From the human T2T-CHM13v2.0 reference genome, Homo sapiens: DNA of 64,000 nucleotides. Below the pieces are notes generated by a model that saw only the letters and a program-made list of their open reading frames with translations, made no database searches and was not told where the DNA came from. Position 1 is the stretch's first letter. Each line of letters starts with the position of its first letter. Position numbers and translations under genes: made by a program. Below are positions 28,501-40,649 of this stretch, piece by piece. The stretch lies in NCBI RefSeq assembly GCF_009914755.1, contig NC_060942.1; one strand, 5' to 3'.

Positions 28501-29233
28501 CTGTGAGTAATGCTATCATATTAGTGGCTTGGTGGTTATGGAGAAGCTGTTTGCCCCATGAGCGGACCTTGGAATACTCGTACATTTCCTCAGTAATAAC
28601 CCATATTTTTTCCAGGTATTTTTGTCTTCGATGATTATCTAATAAGTTATATAAAAAGTCAAAGGCAGTGGCAAAACCTGTTAAGGAATGGCCAATTGGA
28701 ACCTCATCTCCTGGTGCATTCTCTACTAGCCAGTCTTTGTAGCCAACCATCCTGTCCATATATTCCAAGACAAATTCAAAGGCAACTTTGTCTTCTGGGC
28801 ATAACAAACAGTACAATGCTAAAGGAGGCAGATTGTTACCATAAATTTCATTCCACTTGGCAGCAAAATCAGCATGCTTTGGTGGAGGTAGGTAGTATGT
28901 TGGGTTGGACAGCATAACTGTCACTGCACTTCTGATAGCTCTAAAAAGATGCAAATGGCTTGCACGAGACTTTTGTCTCATTGCTTGGATTTCTCCAGCA
29001 TCAAAATATAAACTTGGATGAAGCATACTTTTCTTCAGCTTTTGGTTGGGTCTGAAATCTTGCACTTTCTGTGTTTTAAACTGATCTATATCATCTGTGA
29101 AAACTGCCCATTCGGAATAATTGCTCACAGATTCCTCAAAAGTAGAGAAAGCAAACATCAATAATGCTAAGAATAGTAAATGTCCTGTAAACATTAACGC
29201 CATGATCCATGGGGGAGCTCCTCCCTTAGGCAT
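25565..29233 (-). CDS. DSEL: Dermatan sulfate epimerase-like (DS-epimerase 2): N-terminal hydrophobic segment, epimerase domain, two TM helices, C-terminal sulfotransferase-like domain; 1222 aa from first ATG, 1212 aa from the strong-context ATG at 29203
   Basis: Intact 1222-codon ORF; DSE-family motifs [23 protein letters not shown]; TM segments at ~26833-26892 and ~26753-26798; VRDPR sulfotransferase 3'-PB motif. Confidence 0.98.
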   Translation of the reverse strand: MPKGGAPPWIMALMFTGHLLFLALLMFAFSTFEESVSNYSEWAVFTDDIDQFKTQKVQDFRPNQKLKKSMLHPSLYFDAGEIQAMRQKSRASHLHLFRAIRSAVTVMLSNPTYYLPPPKHADFAAKWNEIYGNNLPPLALYCLLCPEDKVAFEFVLEYMDRMVGYKDWLVENAPGDEVPIGHSLTGFATAFDFLYNLLDNHRRQKYLEKIWVITEEMYEYSKVRSWGKQLLHNHQATNMIALLTGALVTGVDKGSKANIWKQAVVDVMEKTMFLLNHIVDGSLDEGVAYGSYTAKSVTQYVFLAQRHFNINNLDNNWLKMHFWFYYATLLPGFQRTVGIADSNYNWFYGPESQLVFLDKFILKNGAGNWLAQQIRKHRPKDGPMVPSTAQRWSTLHTEYIWYDPQLTPQPPADYGTAKIHTFPNWGVVTYGAGLPNTQTNTFVSFKSGKLGGRAVYDIVHFQPYSWIDGWRSFNPGHEHPDQNSFTFAPNGQVFVSEALYGPKLSHLNNVLVFAPSPSSQCNKPWEGQLGECAQWLKWTGEEVGDAAGEIITASQHGEMVFVSGEAVSAYSSAMRLKSVYRALLLLNSQTLLVVDHIERQEDSPINSVSAFFHNLDIDFKYIPYKFMNRYNGAMMDVWDAHYKMFWFDHHGNSPMASIQEAEQAAEFKKRWTQFVNVTFQMESTITRIAYVFYGPYINVSSCRFIDSSNPGLQISLNVNNTEHVVSIVTDYHNLKTRFNYLGFGGFASVADQGQITRFGLGTQAIVKPVRHDRIIFPFGFKFNIAVGLILCISLVILTFQWRFYLSFRKLMRWILILVIALWFIELLDVWSTCSQPICAKWTRTEAEGSKKSLSSEGHHMDLPDVVITSLPGSGAEILKQLFFNSSDFLYIRVPTAYIDIPETELEIDSFVDACEWKVSDIRSGHFRLLRGWLQSLVQDTKLHLQNIHLHEPNRGKLAQYFAMNKDKKRKFKRRESLPEQRSQMKGAFDRDAEYIRALRRHLVYYPSARPVLSLSSGSWTLKLHFFQEVLGASMRALYIVRDPRAWIYSMLYNSKPSLYSLKNVPEHLAKLFKIEGGKGKCNLNSGYAFEYEPLRKELSKSKSNAVSLLSHLWLANTAAALRINTDLLPTSYQLVKFEDIVHFPQKTTERIFAFLGIPLSPASLNQILFATSTNLFYLPYEGEISPTNTNVWKQNLPRDEIKLIENICWTLMDRLGYPKFMD

Positions 29234-30087
29234 ACATGTCAGATATGATGCTCAATGTGTTTCCCATCTGGTTAGTATAAAACATACAGTAAAGGCCTTG
29301 ATAAGACAAAGACTGTAAATCTGATATGCTGTGAAATCCAGCTGACATTCAGTACATTTTAAGCAAGTGCAGTTGCCAAAAAGAGAAAACTTAAATTGTA
29401 TATCTCTGTCCCTGGCACAGTTTTGCTTCCAGTAAAACTTTGAATAACGTTAAAATCTCTAATTTTTCCATAATACACAGGGAAGTGATACAGGTAAAAA
29501 ACACTATGAATTTAGCATTTACCTCCTTTACTTAAATCTATTTAACACAAAGAGTTGGAACACACATTGTAAAAAAAGAGAAAAAGCACTCCAAAATTCA
29601 AATTAAGAGTCATTTCTAGCACAGAAAACCATCACTGGTGATAAGCTCACCACACATGTATGATGCATTTGTGTATGTTTGCCCAAAGAAGATGATGAAG
29701 TACTGACATTCTTCGAGTGAGTGGACTCAGTTGTCATTCCTCTCAACTTTTTATACTTCTTGTCTTGTGAATACGTTTTTCTTTCATTTATGAGAGAGAA
29801 ACATCCTCAACAAGTGATCAAAGTCTTAGTTGGTTTTTAAAAATTCAAAATTCTTGCCTTCATTTCAAATATTTTTCAGGCTTACTTACTCATCAGCCTA
29901 TTATGACAAAGAGAAATCATGTTCACATCTTCTTTTATCAGCTTCATGTGTACAAACATAAAAATGGAATATCTTCAGTCACCTAGATACTTCTCGTCCG
30001 ATCATGAAGTAACCGCCAACGGGGAAAGAAAATTCCCCTTTCAGCAACAGTGAGGTCTCTCTTCTGCTCTTTTTTCATGACACTTTT

Positions 30088-30952
30088 CTGGGGATGGGGG
30101 ACAAAATAAAAATTCTCTGAGGCTTCAGGTATGCTGAGAATGAATATAAACTGATGACTTAAACATTCTGCAATCACTTAATAGAAATTTTAGAATCACA
30201 GTAAAATCTCATATTATCTGCAACCTAAGCTAGGGCAAGTGATTTTTTTCTTATCCATTTACACGCACTTATTTGGAAACCAGTGACCGTCAGCAGAAGA
30301 CAAGCAACTAACAATACAAAATATACAAGATAGAACTCTCCCGACAATATCTATAGTTTAACGCCACTAACGTGGCTTCAGTCACTTAAAAAATGTTTGT
30401 ATTCAAATGCAGTTTACACAAAGATGAGTCCTGCTATCCTTGTTATTTCTTGTTCCCAAGGACCGAGGGACAAAAAACTGAAAGTTGAAAAGATCTTTTT
30501 TTTTTTTTTTTTTAATTCCGGGGGAAGGTTTAGAGTTCATGGGATCAGAAGGTATCTTCCTAATGAGAACTACTCGGACCAGTCACTTTTCTCGGCGGGG
30601 TAACCGCGAATCGTGACCAGGCGCCAAGCCGAGGGGCGGGAGCTCCGCGCTCGGCGCTCACCTGTGGCCGAGTCCCTGTCCTCAGGTGGAGCCGCCAGAG
30701 GGAGCTCGGACCCCGGTGTCGAAAGACGCCTCTCCGTGCCCGTCCGCGGCTGGAAGAACCTAAGCAAGTTTCAGTCTTGGACAAGTCTCCCCTCTGTAGG
30801 AAACATTCAGGCTAGGAGTTTCCTGATCCGCCCCGCCTGTTGCATTTTTTCACTGGCGTCCTCCGACCCTGCCGCCCCCATTCTCCGCTCCCCGCTCTGG
30901 GGCTGAGTGAGGCAGGATGGCGAGAGACCCCTGAGCCACCAAGTCCGCTTAC
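30088..30952 (-). other. DSEL: Inferred DSEL intron 1 (865 nt)
   Basis: Donor CTGAG|GTAAGC at 30953/30952; polypyrimidine-CAG acceptor at 30088. Confidence 0.7.
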
Positions 30953-31330
30953 CTCAGGCAGATCCCGACGGGGGCTCGGCGCCGCACTGGGCCCCAAGGG
31001 AGACGGAGGTGGAGAGTTCCAGAAAACTGCTCTGCACGGCGGGCCAGGCTCCCGCGGGGCTCCGCAAGACCCCCGCGTCGTCTCCCGCGCTACGGCAGGC
31101 GCTGCCCCAGCTCGGTCTCCTCAGCCGCGCTCGGTCCCCGCGACCCGCACGGCCCGGACACGCCCGCCCTCAGGAAACGCCGGACGCTTGTGGGGGCAAC
31201 CACGGACCGCAGGACAGAGACCCGCGGGCGGCGGGTTCTCTCGGTGGCGCCGTATCCAGAGCAGCGCCCGCGTGCCCAGGCGGTGATGTCGCCGCGGCCG
31301 AGGATCCTCTGTGCCAGCTCCGGCCGCGCA
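30953..31330 (-). other. DSEL: Inferred non-coding DSEL exon 1 (5' end approximate)
   Basis: Lies between the GC-box cluster and the strong donor. Confidence 0.6.
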
Positions 31331-31570
31331 GCCCGGGGAGGGTGAGACGGCGACGCGGGCCGGCAAGCGGGGGCGGGGCGGAGGCAGGACGGGGCGGGGT
31401 TGAAGGCGGGGCTGAAGGCGGGGCCTCAGGGAAGGCGAGAGACAGCGACGCTGGCTGGCGGGCGTGGGGCGGGACGGAGACAGGACAGGGCGGGGTCAGA
31501 GGCGGGGCTTCGGGGAGGACGGGAGGAGCCGTGAGCAGGCCGGCGGCGGGCGGGGCGGGGCCGAAAGCAG
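31150..31570 (+). ncRNA. Possible first exon region of antisense/divergent lncRNA (DSEL-AS1-type)
   Basis: Recalled annotation of a head-to-head lncRNA; plus-strand donor candidates AGG|GTGAGA (31341/31342) and CAG|GTGAGG (31570/31571); exact bounds not determinable. Confidence 0.4.
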
Positions 31571-31582
31571 GTGAGGCGGGGC
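31368..31582. promoter_or_regulatory. Sp/KLF GC-box cluster
   Basis: Roughly ten GGCGGG(G) motifs, including tandem tgaaggcggggc x2. Confidence 0.85.
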
Positions 31583-34500
31583 CAAGCGCCCCGGGTTTCT
31601 AAGCGGAGGAAGCTCTAGGCGTTTGTGTTCTGGGCTTGCAGCGGTGGCCGCGCGCTCCCGGAGGAGTCGAGCTGGAGGAGGGGACAGTTTGGGAGTGCGA
31701 GAGTCTAAAGACGCTGCCAGGCTGGCGTTAAAACCTTTTGGTTATGGGAAGACGACAACTATATAATAGAGCCATAGTGGGGGCTGTGGGATTGACTCAA
31801 ATGATGGGAGGAGCTGGAGTGGGAGGGGATAAGCCCTGGGACGACAGAAATCATCCTTTTGGAAAGAGCAAGGGCTGGGGAAGGAGGGAATGAGCACTCC
31901 CTTGGAACTGAGAGGCAGCCTGGCTGAGCTTGCTGTCCTTTGGAAAAGCAAAACCGAAATACCCAGATTAATATAGGAGGACAACTTCTGTAGCCCAGAT
32001 GCTAACAAAGATCAAGGGAAAACAGAAAAGACTAATCAGCTTTACTGATGGAAAACAATTTCTCAGGCAGTATAAATAGGGGAAGCATGGGACAAACAAG
32101 TAGAAGGAGCCTCTTATTTAAAAATGGGACCTGGTATTCGGTAAAGACCTACATGCAGACAGGAGAAGGCAGTGTGCCCCGGCTACTACGACATGTGAGT
32201 GCAGTGCCAGGTCGTGGAAATCCTAGAGCAGGCTGGGACTCCTGTTGCACTCCACACATGGAGCTTCTCACAGATAGCTGAGATGACACTTTGGCATAAA
32301 CCAACCCAAGCTCTGACCTCAAATGTAAAAAATAATAGCTTAGTAGTAATAAAAATACAGGGAAATATCAAGCTTCACAAATGAACAATTCCATTCTCAG
32401 TTGGGGATTAGTAACACATTCAGTCTCTTCATTTCCCATACTATTTTGGTAATATTTAATAAGATATATTTTAACATTTTAAAAATAAATGTCTTGCTTA
32501 GATCATTTGCTGCTGAAAATCAAACAGTAGACGACTGCTAGCAGAATAAATTTCAAATCATTTAACTTTGAGGTGAAATGTGGCCTCTAACTCCTCATCA
32601 CTCTTCTGTTTTGGCCCCGTAGTAACCCCTAGCCCAGTCCAAATAGCCACACTTGCTTTTGCTTGGGTGCTTCAGTAACTATGCTTATTCCATTCTTTCC
32701 CTCACAGTGTCCTTTACCCAACCACCCCACTTACTAGTTAAAATTCTTCTGACTGTTGAAATTATCTGATCATCCTGGTCTCAACTCAGATGCTTACATT
32801 GTTCTGTAAATAACTCCTAAGTTTCCCTAGCCAGAATGTATTACTCCAGAACTATATCATTTGTACCTATATTCGGCCGTTTAGGTTGTTTATTTTCTGC
32901 TTTCTATTTCAACTGGTTGACTCCTGTACCCTATTCAAAACTCCTTCAAGTCATGAGTAGCACTCAAGTCCCCTTTGTAAGTACTATATCTGCTTTTGAA
33001 ATGAGTTGAACCTCGAACAATTGGGCTGATACAGAGCCTCGTCTCCTCCACTGAGGTTTATTCCCAAACAAGGATCCTCTTCTGACACAACTTCCTGTAA
33101 AATCTGGATTGTGCCTCTACATGGCCCCTGATAGAGGAAGAGGACCCATGGCCTCCAACCACATTTATGAGAGAGTAGAGTTGGGGGAAACGGGAAGCTG
33201 ACTCCAGAGATTCCTATCTGTTTGCAGAGGGGAGCCTAGAATTTAGGGTTAGTAAACACAGCTACTAGATGTACAGAACATTTCTCAGAACAAAGTGTGG
33301 GGCAGGGTTATTTCTATGGATTCAAAGTGTCTCATGATGCGAGGGCAAGGTGAGTCAGAGAGAATTAATGCGCGAACATCTGCCAGGCAAATATTCTTCC
33401 AATGTTGTTTTCAGATTTTGAAATATCAGTATGATCATTTTCACTTTAGAGAAGAATGAATTCAGGTACCGACATTGTGGCCTTTCAGCTCTGCCCCATG
33501 CATCTGTGCTGAAGCAGTGGGGATGCAGCTAGCCTCCCAGCATTCTCAGATGGGCTTTCAGACTAATTCATTTTGAACAGACATCTTTGCATAGTGGTAA
33601 AATGTGAATGCATTAAAATAAAACAAGAGCCACAACTGAACAATTCAAATCATTGGCAGAAAGGGTGGTAGGTAAATGGCACTGTTAAAAATGAAGAGAG
33701 TCTTGTTTTCTGTGAACTAAAAATGGATAGCTCCAATTATTGCTCCTTCCACACATGAAGATGGTACAAAGTTAGTTAATTATAAATAATGCATCCGACC
33801 ATAGAAGGGATGAGCTATATGCTATGTTATTGTACATTAAAAACCTTTATGAGTGTGGCAAGAGACACATGTACCAACAGCTGCTAAATTCAGAATCCTG
33901 GAGCAGTATCTTATTTTAATGTAAGTGAAGAACAGTGCAGTCTATTGCTCTGGGGATTTCTCTCTATATAAAAGGATCTTAAATCTACATGAGATTTTAC
34001 TCCGTGATTTCAAAGTACTTATGAAAATCTGTTTTCTTTATTTGCCTATCTTTCAACCTACCCACAACCACCTATCTTACAACAGAAACAATGCTTTCTA
34101 GAATAGATTCTCCAGAACAGAAGCCTTTCTCGCGCTCCTTTCCTTCCTTTCTTCCTTCCTCTCTCTCTCTTTTATTTTTCTTTTAAAATTTTATTTCTCA
34201 ACATCTATCCCAGAGCCTGGCACTTTTTGAAAAATGTTTGGTGAATGTTTAACATGAATTATCGCCCCCATTTTATGACAGAAGAGAAAAAGTCATAAAG
34301 GTCTAAAGTGGGTTACTACATTCTAAGCAGAGTCACACACTCTTTCTCCTGACTGTGCTGAGAAGCCTCTTACCACACAACCCATAATTGGAGCTATGCC
34401 TTGAGGTGACTTAATTCAAGTGAAACATGAGACTGGAAAGTCATACAACATTTTCAAGAGGATTTCTGCATTAATTGTATATGTTAAGATAGGCAAATTC

Positions 34501-35408
34501 AAGCTCTGAGCCTGAGAACGATAAAGTACAAGCCATAAAACAAGCCTAGACACTACATAAAGTCCCTGATCTAAAATCACATTTGTCCATGATCTGTTAT
34601 TCTGGTGGTTTTTAAATAAATGGGGCCAAGACATTCAAGAACTAGTTGCTGTGCATTCAGCAACTCCTATGCACAGGTCTCCAATACCTGGGCTTTCAAG
34701 CAGCATAGCCATTTGAATATGGAGACGGCTTTGTTATTCTTCTCATAGCATAATCCACCTTTGCTACAGCTTTGGCCGTGAAAGCTCAGATGCAGATTTC
34801 TCGAACCACTTACCAGGGCCAGATGTATATTATATTGATCCACTAGCAGTATTAGAACTAGTGTCTGCCCCAGAGGTTAGGGATATAGCATCTGTAACTG
34901 TTTAGAAACAGACACCAAACTTAAGCTGCAAATTTTATTGCCCAGTTGGCCAGCAGTAATAGGCCACACCAATAATAAAGACAAAACCACAAGTTTAAAG
35001 CAGGCAGTAGAGTCTGGAAATACTTTTTTTTTTTCCGCAATTGCTTTGAATACAAAACATCTCAAAATGACAGGGATTTTTGCCTGCAGAGTTGCTAATG
35101 AAGATGTGGCTAAGAGTGTTTCTTGAGTTTGTTTATCCAGCTGCACAAGAGTCAGTATGACAGTAAGTAGATTTATTAAAACTTAAAAATACCAAAGCCA
35201 AATTCTGGGGGAAAAAGTTTCCCCATAAGTCTACTAAAGCCTTGAATTCATAAATGAGAAGCTTTATTGCTACCATATTTGCTTACATACAGTTTAGCTT
35301 TTGATATGAAAGAAAAATTTAAACAAAGTAAAACTTGCAAAGGGATCATAAGATGTTTTCTCCAGGGCTCTTCCACCCTCCCTTTCCCCTGGCCTGGTAT
35401 CCTTACAC

Positions 35409-35620
35409 CAGTGTTTCTCAACAGGACATTTGGCAATGTCTGGAGAAATTTCAATGTTGGTCTCGGTTAGTGGGAGGGACTGCTGGAATCTAGTGAATAG
35501 AGGTCAGGATGCTACTAAATATCCTGCAATGAACAGGACAACTTCTCCTCTCCTCCTGCCTCACAAGTCAAAGAATTATGCAGACTAGAAAGTCAGTACT
35601 GCTGAGAATGAGAAACTCTG
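35409..35620 (+). mobile_element. MER20 hAT-Charlie element
   Basis: cagtgtttctcaac...ggacatttggcaatgtctggaga...gatgctactaaatatcctgcaatg...tgagaaactctg. Confidence 0.85.
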
Positions 35621-35737
35621 ACCCATCCCACTGACTCTAAAAATTGATTATGTGCTAATTGTTGGTAGTTCAAATCAATTCCTAAATTGTCCCCCTGACT
35701 TGCCAATTACCTATTTGCAGTTTGTTCTAGAGCCAGC

Positions 35738-36524
35738 CGTTATGGCTAAAATGTATGTGTCCCTCCAAAATTTACATGTTGGAACCAAATTGGTAGTATT
35801 AAGAGGTGGAGCCGTTTGGGAAGTCCTCTTCTCATGAATGACATTAGTGCCGTATAAAAGAGGTGCCTTAAAAAAAAGGTGCCCTAGTTTCCTTTTGGCC
35901 TTTTGGTCTCAGTCTATGTTGTGCTTATATAACAGAATACCTGACCCTGGGTAATTTATAATGAATGGAAATTTATTTCCTCACAGTTTTGGAGGCTAGG
36001 AAGTCCAAGGTCAAGGTGCTGGCAGATTAGGGCCCAGTTTCTCTACTGCAAAGATGGCACCTGAAAGCTGCAGCCTCCAGAGATGAAGGACATTATATCT
36101 TCACATGGCAGAAAAGGAGGAGAAAGAGAGAATCCACTCCCACCAGCCCTTTTTATAGAGCATTAATCCATTCTTCATGAACTAAACAGGTTTCTCATTT
36201 GGCCACACCTCCTAACACTGTTGCATTGGGGAATACGTTTCCAACACTTGGATTTGGGGGAACACGTTGAGACCATAGCACCTTCCATCTCTTCCTCCAC
36301 ATGAGGACACAGTGTTCATTTCTTTATTGCCTCTTCCATTATGTGAGGATTCAGCAAGAGATATCATCTTGGAAGCAGAGAGTAAGCCCTCCCCAGACAC
36401 AGAATCTTCTGGCACCTTGATCCTGGAATTTCCTGCCTTGAGAACTCTGAGAAATAAATTTCTGCTATGTATAAATTACTTTATCTGTGGTATTTCATTA
36501 TAGCAGCAAGGACAGACTAAGACA
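35738..36524 (+). mobile_element. MST-type MaLR LTR (outer), split by an antiparallel LTR
   Basis: 5' part 35738-35903, 3' part 36281-36524 ending tagcagcaaggacagactaagaca. Confidence 0.85.
35904..36280 (-). mobile_element. MST-type MaLR LTR (inner)
   Basis: Antisense LTR ending gaccatagca; 5-bp TSD ccttt/ccttc. Confidence 0.85.
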
Positions 36525-38291
36525 CTAGCTTTCTCTAATTTATTCACAGATGACTTTTTGTTGTTTACCAGCTACTGGCTCCATTTTTCTTCATTTGACC
36601 TAAAATACTTCTAAACCTAGCTGTCTCAGCTCTTATAAAAACTTGAGCTATGCCTACAGGCATAATTGGCAGTAAACTAATTACTACCAAATAATATTTG
36701 GAATGATGTGTCTTTTTGGGTTATCAGAAATGCCCTTCTGATGTTAATAAGAGAATGTCATTTTACCCACAACCCCTGTACATATCATGCACCCCAATTA
36801 CCTTTACTATCAGATTTATTTCCACTGGAACAGTGTTTTTCAAATTACAGTTCTTAGACTACCAGTATCAGAAAGTTCATGGTGCTATTAAAAATGTCAA
36901 TTATCAAATCTGTCTCAGCCTTATGGATTAAGAATCTCAGTGTGTAACCTGGTATTCTGTACCTTAAAATGTTCAAGTGCCTAACAAATTTTGAGAGTCA
37001 CTGTTCGAACATAATTCTCATTCTTTTCTCCTTGCCACACACACCTGTGCCTGAGGGTTTGTTTGGCTACATAACAGAAACATTCTCAGGCTGGCAGAAG
37101 CATAAGGACTGATTAGGATTAGGAACTGGTGTTGCAGAATAACTCAGAAACATGTATGTAGCTATTTTGCAGAACGTTTAATAGTCTTGCCTTTAAATTA
37201 TTTATTCACATGTGAGGAAGTGAGATATTAGAGTCAAGCAATAAAGGCAAATAAGATTTATAAAACAGAAAAGAGAAAAAAATGAATACAACCTAGAAAC
37301 AATGAAAGTTGTATTTTGGGGGGCAAGTTGATTAAATGGCAGTTAGCAGAGGAGTTTGTTGCCCAGAAGTGAGAGTTTAGCTGTAGAGCAGAAGTGACAG
37401 GTTCCTCTGTAGAGTGTTGGCCACTAACCCACCATCAGCACCTGTATCTTACTCAGATCTAGCCAGTATCATATTTCCTCAGTAGGCTTCCTTGCTGGAA
37501 AGCCACTAAAAGTTTCCTTTTTCCATCCATGTGAGGCAGGGAGACTTCTCCCTCTGCTCCTGAGCATTTACTTCCTTCTCTTTTTCTGAGAATCAATTTC
37601 ACCTTCTCCTTCATGGTGATACAACTCAACATGGCTATCCTTCAGCACAAGTTTATATCACTTTGACTCCACCATCGGGCAGAAATCAATTGTCTTTTTT
37701 GAACCTCAAATCCAAATTCTCGGAAAAGATGATTTCCTAGCAGAGTCAGCGTTTCATCATGACTCCAGCAGCAATGGAAAGCAGTTCAGGGTCATATAGT
37801 TCAAATATTGCTACAGGGGCTGACATTCGTGGGTTCGAGATATCAATCATCTTAGGAAGAGAGAGCTGGCTTATACCTTAAAAGTATCTATTATAAAATG
37901 ACACAAACCAGAGAGCCATGCACCCCCAGGGAAGCACATAAAAGCAGTGTATTTGGTGGTGAGTAGTTGAGGTGTTGGAGGTTGAGGTATGGTGGGATAG
38001 TGAAAGGTTGGGGGGGAGGAAAGGTTCAAAAATGCCCACGCTTTATGTGAACAGGCTGACTCCTCTTTCTTATCCCCTGAAAATTATTCCTTTTGTAGAA
38101 TGTATTAAATTTACCTAATTAGAAGAATCACCTAGAATTACTTGTTAAAAGTACGAGATATGAGATCCAAAACCCTACTTGAAGGTAGAGTGAGGAAGGA
38201 AATATAAGAAGCCTGTATTTTTAAATTCCATTATGATCCTGCAAAATTAACAAATCACCATTAGATAACCTTTTAAAATACTGCCAGCTAC

Positions 38292-38640
38292 CAATATCGC
38301 CCTAAACCTGCTGCCCCCACCAATAACTGAGCCCCTGATAACCACCACCGTCTAGTTTTATGAGATCAATTTGTAAAAAATCCACATGTGAGTGAGTTCA
38401 TGCAGTAGTTGTCTTTCTGTGCCTGGCTTATTTCACTTAACATAATGTCCTCCAAGTTCATAGATATTGTTGCAAATGGCTAAATAATATTCCACTGTGT
38501 ATATGTACCACATTTTCTTTATCCACTCATCTATTGATGGACACTTAGGTTGATTCCATAGCTTGGCTGTTATGAATAGAGCTGTAATTAACATAGCAGT
38601 GCAGAGATATATATCAGTGTCTCTTTGACATACTGATATC
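38292..38640 (-). mobile_element. L1MA 3' region, inverted segment
   Basis: ttgtctttctgtgcctggcttatttcacttaacataatgtcctcc...ttgatggacacttaggttgattcc. Confidence 0.88.
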
Positions 38641-39108
38641 ATCACAAAAATAATAACTATAAGTGATGCATAGGTTAATTAGATTTAGTCAAACTGTAAT
38701 CTACATATACTTCAAAACATGATATTTTACATGATACTTACAATTTTACCTGTCAATTTATTTTATTTTATTTTTCTAATTTTTTTTTTTTTGAGACAAA
38801 GTCTCACACTGTTGCCCAGGCTGGAGAGCAATGGCACGATCTCAGCTCACTGCAACCTCTGCCTCCCAGGTTCAAGTGATTCTCTGCCTCAGCCTCCCCA
38901 GTGGCCACCACACTTGGCTAATTTTTGTATTTTTAATAGAGACAGGGTTTTGCCATGTTGGCCAGGCTGGTATCAAACTCCCGATCTCAGGTAATCTGCC
39001 TGCCTCAGCCTCCCAAAGTTCTGAGATTACAGGCGTGAACCACTGTGCCTGGCCTTACCTGCCAATTAAAATAATAATAATAATAATGAAAATAATAATA
39101 ATAATAAT
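38641..39108 (+). mobile_element. L1MA extreme 3' end plus (AAT)n tail, interrupted by Alu
   Basis: cacaaaaataataactat...ttcaaaacat...caattttacctgtcaatt then aaaataataataa. Confidence 0.7.
38759..39054 (-). mobile_element. AluS with ~20-nt internal deletion
   Basis: Antisense Alu lacking the right-monomer gctgggattacagg block; TSD ttacctgtcaatt / ttacctgccaatt. Confidence 0.92.
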
Positions 39109-40649
39109 TGGCTAGCTACTTAAAATAGAACATAATTTTGTTTCAGATTCAAAGACGTAAAGTTTGATAGAGATGGGAGGTAGGTAATTTATGTGGGTGA
39201 AGCCAGCCAGGTGCTTGTTGTCATGTGGAACGTAAGGACCCATGTCACGAGATAATCTGATTTTGCAAAGAAAGCCAGAAATCTGAACTTGTATGGGAAA
39301 TTATCTGATTTTTCTAATGGCTTAACTTGTTTTGAAAACTCTGTGAATGCCAAATAAAATGGATTCAAATCATAAACGGCAAGGTTTTGACTTCTGATTG
39401 TGAGCTGGCTGCATGAAAATAAATTTCCTGATTTTGCATATGCTAGTTCAGCACCCCAGGAATTCAACTTTCCATTTTAATGCTGGGAAAAAAAATACTA
39501 TCTTTTCTTTTAAGTTATCTACTACTATAACTCCTCTCAGTCTGGAACGGTCAAGGACTGGTCATGTATTCAAGCAATCTTATTTATTCCTGCAGTTATG
39601 TATTAAGTTTTATTTCCTTAATTCAATAAATATTCACTGAGTGCTCAATAACGCACTGTGGAAGACGCTGAAAAACCCCAAGGGGAAAAAATATTCTTCG
39701 CCAAATGGAGCTTATAATCTGTGGATAGAAAAGGCACAAAAGGCATGAATTATTACTTCATTTTTTCTGTATTTTAATCATTACTTCATCATATTTAAAT
39801 GGCTTTGAAGGTTCATCTATATACTGATTCCAGTATTTTCAAGAGCACATCTAATTTGATGAGGATGGAAGATTGTTAATGACTCAGAAGCTGGGAAAAT
39901 AGGTAGAAACTCAAATGTTGTAAGAAATCACTAGAATGTTTGCATTTTTTCAGAGGTTCACTCCTTCTGTTCTAATACCTGGAGTCCAGCCAGGCACAAA
40001 GCAAGCTGGCTGACTACTGCAGAAAGGAATGCTGGAACCTCTCTTGCTGACCTGCTTCCAGAGTTTCCAGCACAGCTAGCCAGAGACTTCCTATAGACAA
40101 TGAGGAAATTCAAAAACAAAGAATGTAGTAGTTTGGCTATTTCTCTAGGAGCCCTTGGGGATGAGACTGAGCCATTTTCCTGCAGCTGGCTGCAAAGCAG
40201 GCCACTGAAAAAGATCAGTATGAAAGAACAAGGCATACTGTTGGTATATGCGTCACTGTGGGCCAGAGCTTTTTGTCATAGGATTCAGTCAAACTCAAAA
40301 TGCAAGATGAAAGTCATCCTCTTTGGTAACCGTTTTAAAAATAATACATAGAAAAGAAGTGAACAGAACCATGTTTTCCAAAGTCCTGATGCTAAAAATC
40401 ACAAAATCTTAATAGTTCCTGAGCTGGAAATGTGGACTGCTTGGCCTGGGATCAAGTCTAGAATTTGATGTTCTTGGCAGGTACATCAAGTGGTTAGTAT
40501 CATCAGAGAAGCTAAGGAAATACTGAAGTCGAAGGATAAAGGATGATTCCCTCCCTGTAATGGCTTTACTCTGAGTTACCTACTGTGTGTTGTCCTGGGC
40601 TTACTTCCGGGCAATTCTCATAGGTTTATGGTTACATGCTGGATTTTGG

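Larger units (their letters stand above)
30590..31730. promoter_or_regulatory. CpG island / DSEL promoter
   Basis: Abrupt GC- and CpG-rich block in AT-rich DNA directly upstream of the ORF. Confidence 0.93.

Noticed and set aside
26334-29318. Antisense and alternate-frame ORFs over DSEL (e.g. 179 aa at 26921-27460)
   Set aside because: Shadow ORFs of a long coding sequence; no recognisable protein features
30840-31602. 148-aa and 231-aa plus-strand ORFs in the CpG island
   Set aside because: Non-ATG starts, low-complexity G/A/R/P composition; long ORFs are expected by chance in stop-poor GC-rich DNA
38433-38645. ORF with NQPKCPSIDEWIKKMWYIYTVEYY
   Set aside because: L1 ORF2 C-terminal remnant, not a host gene
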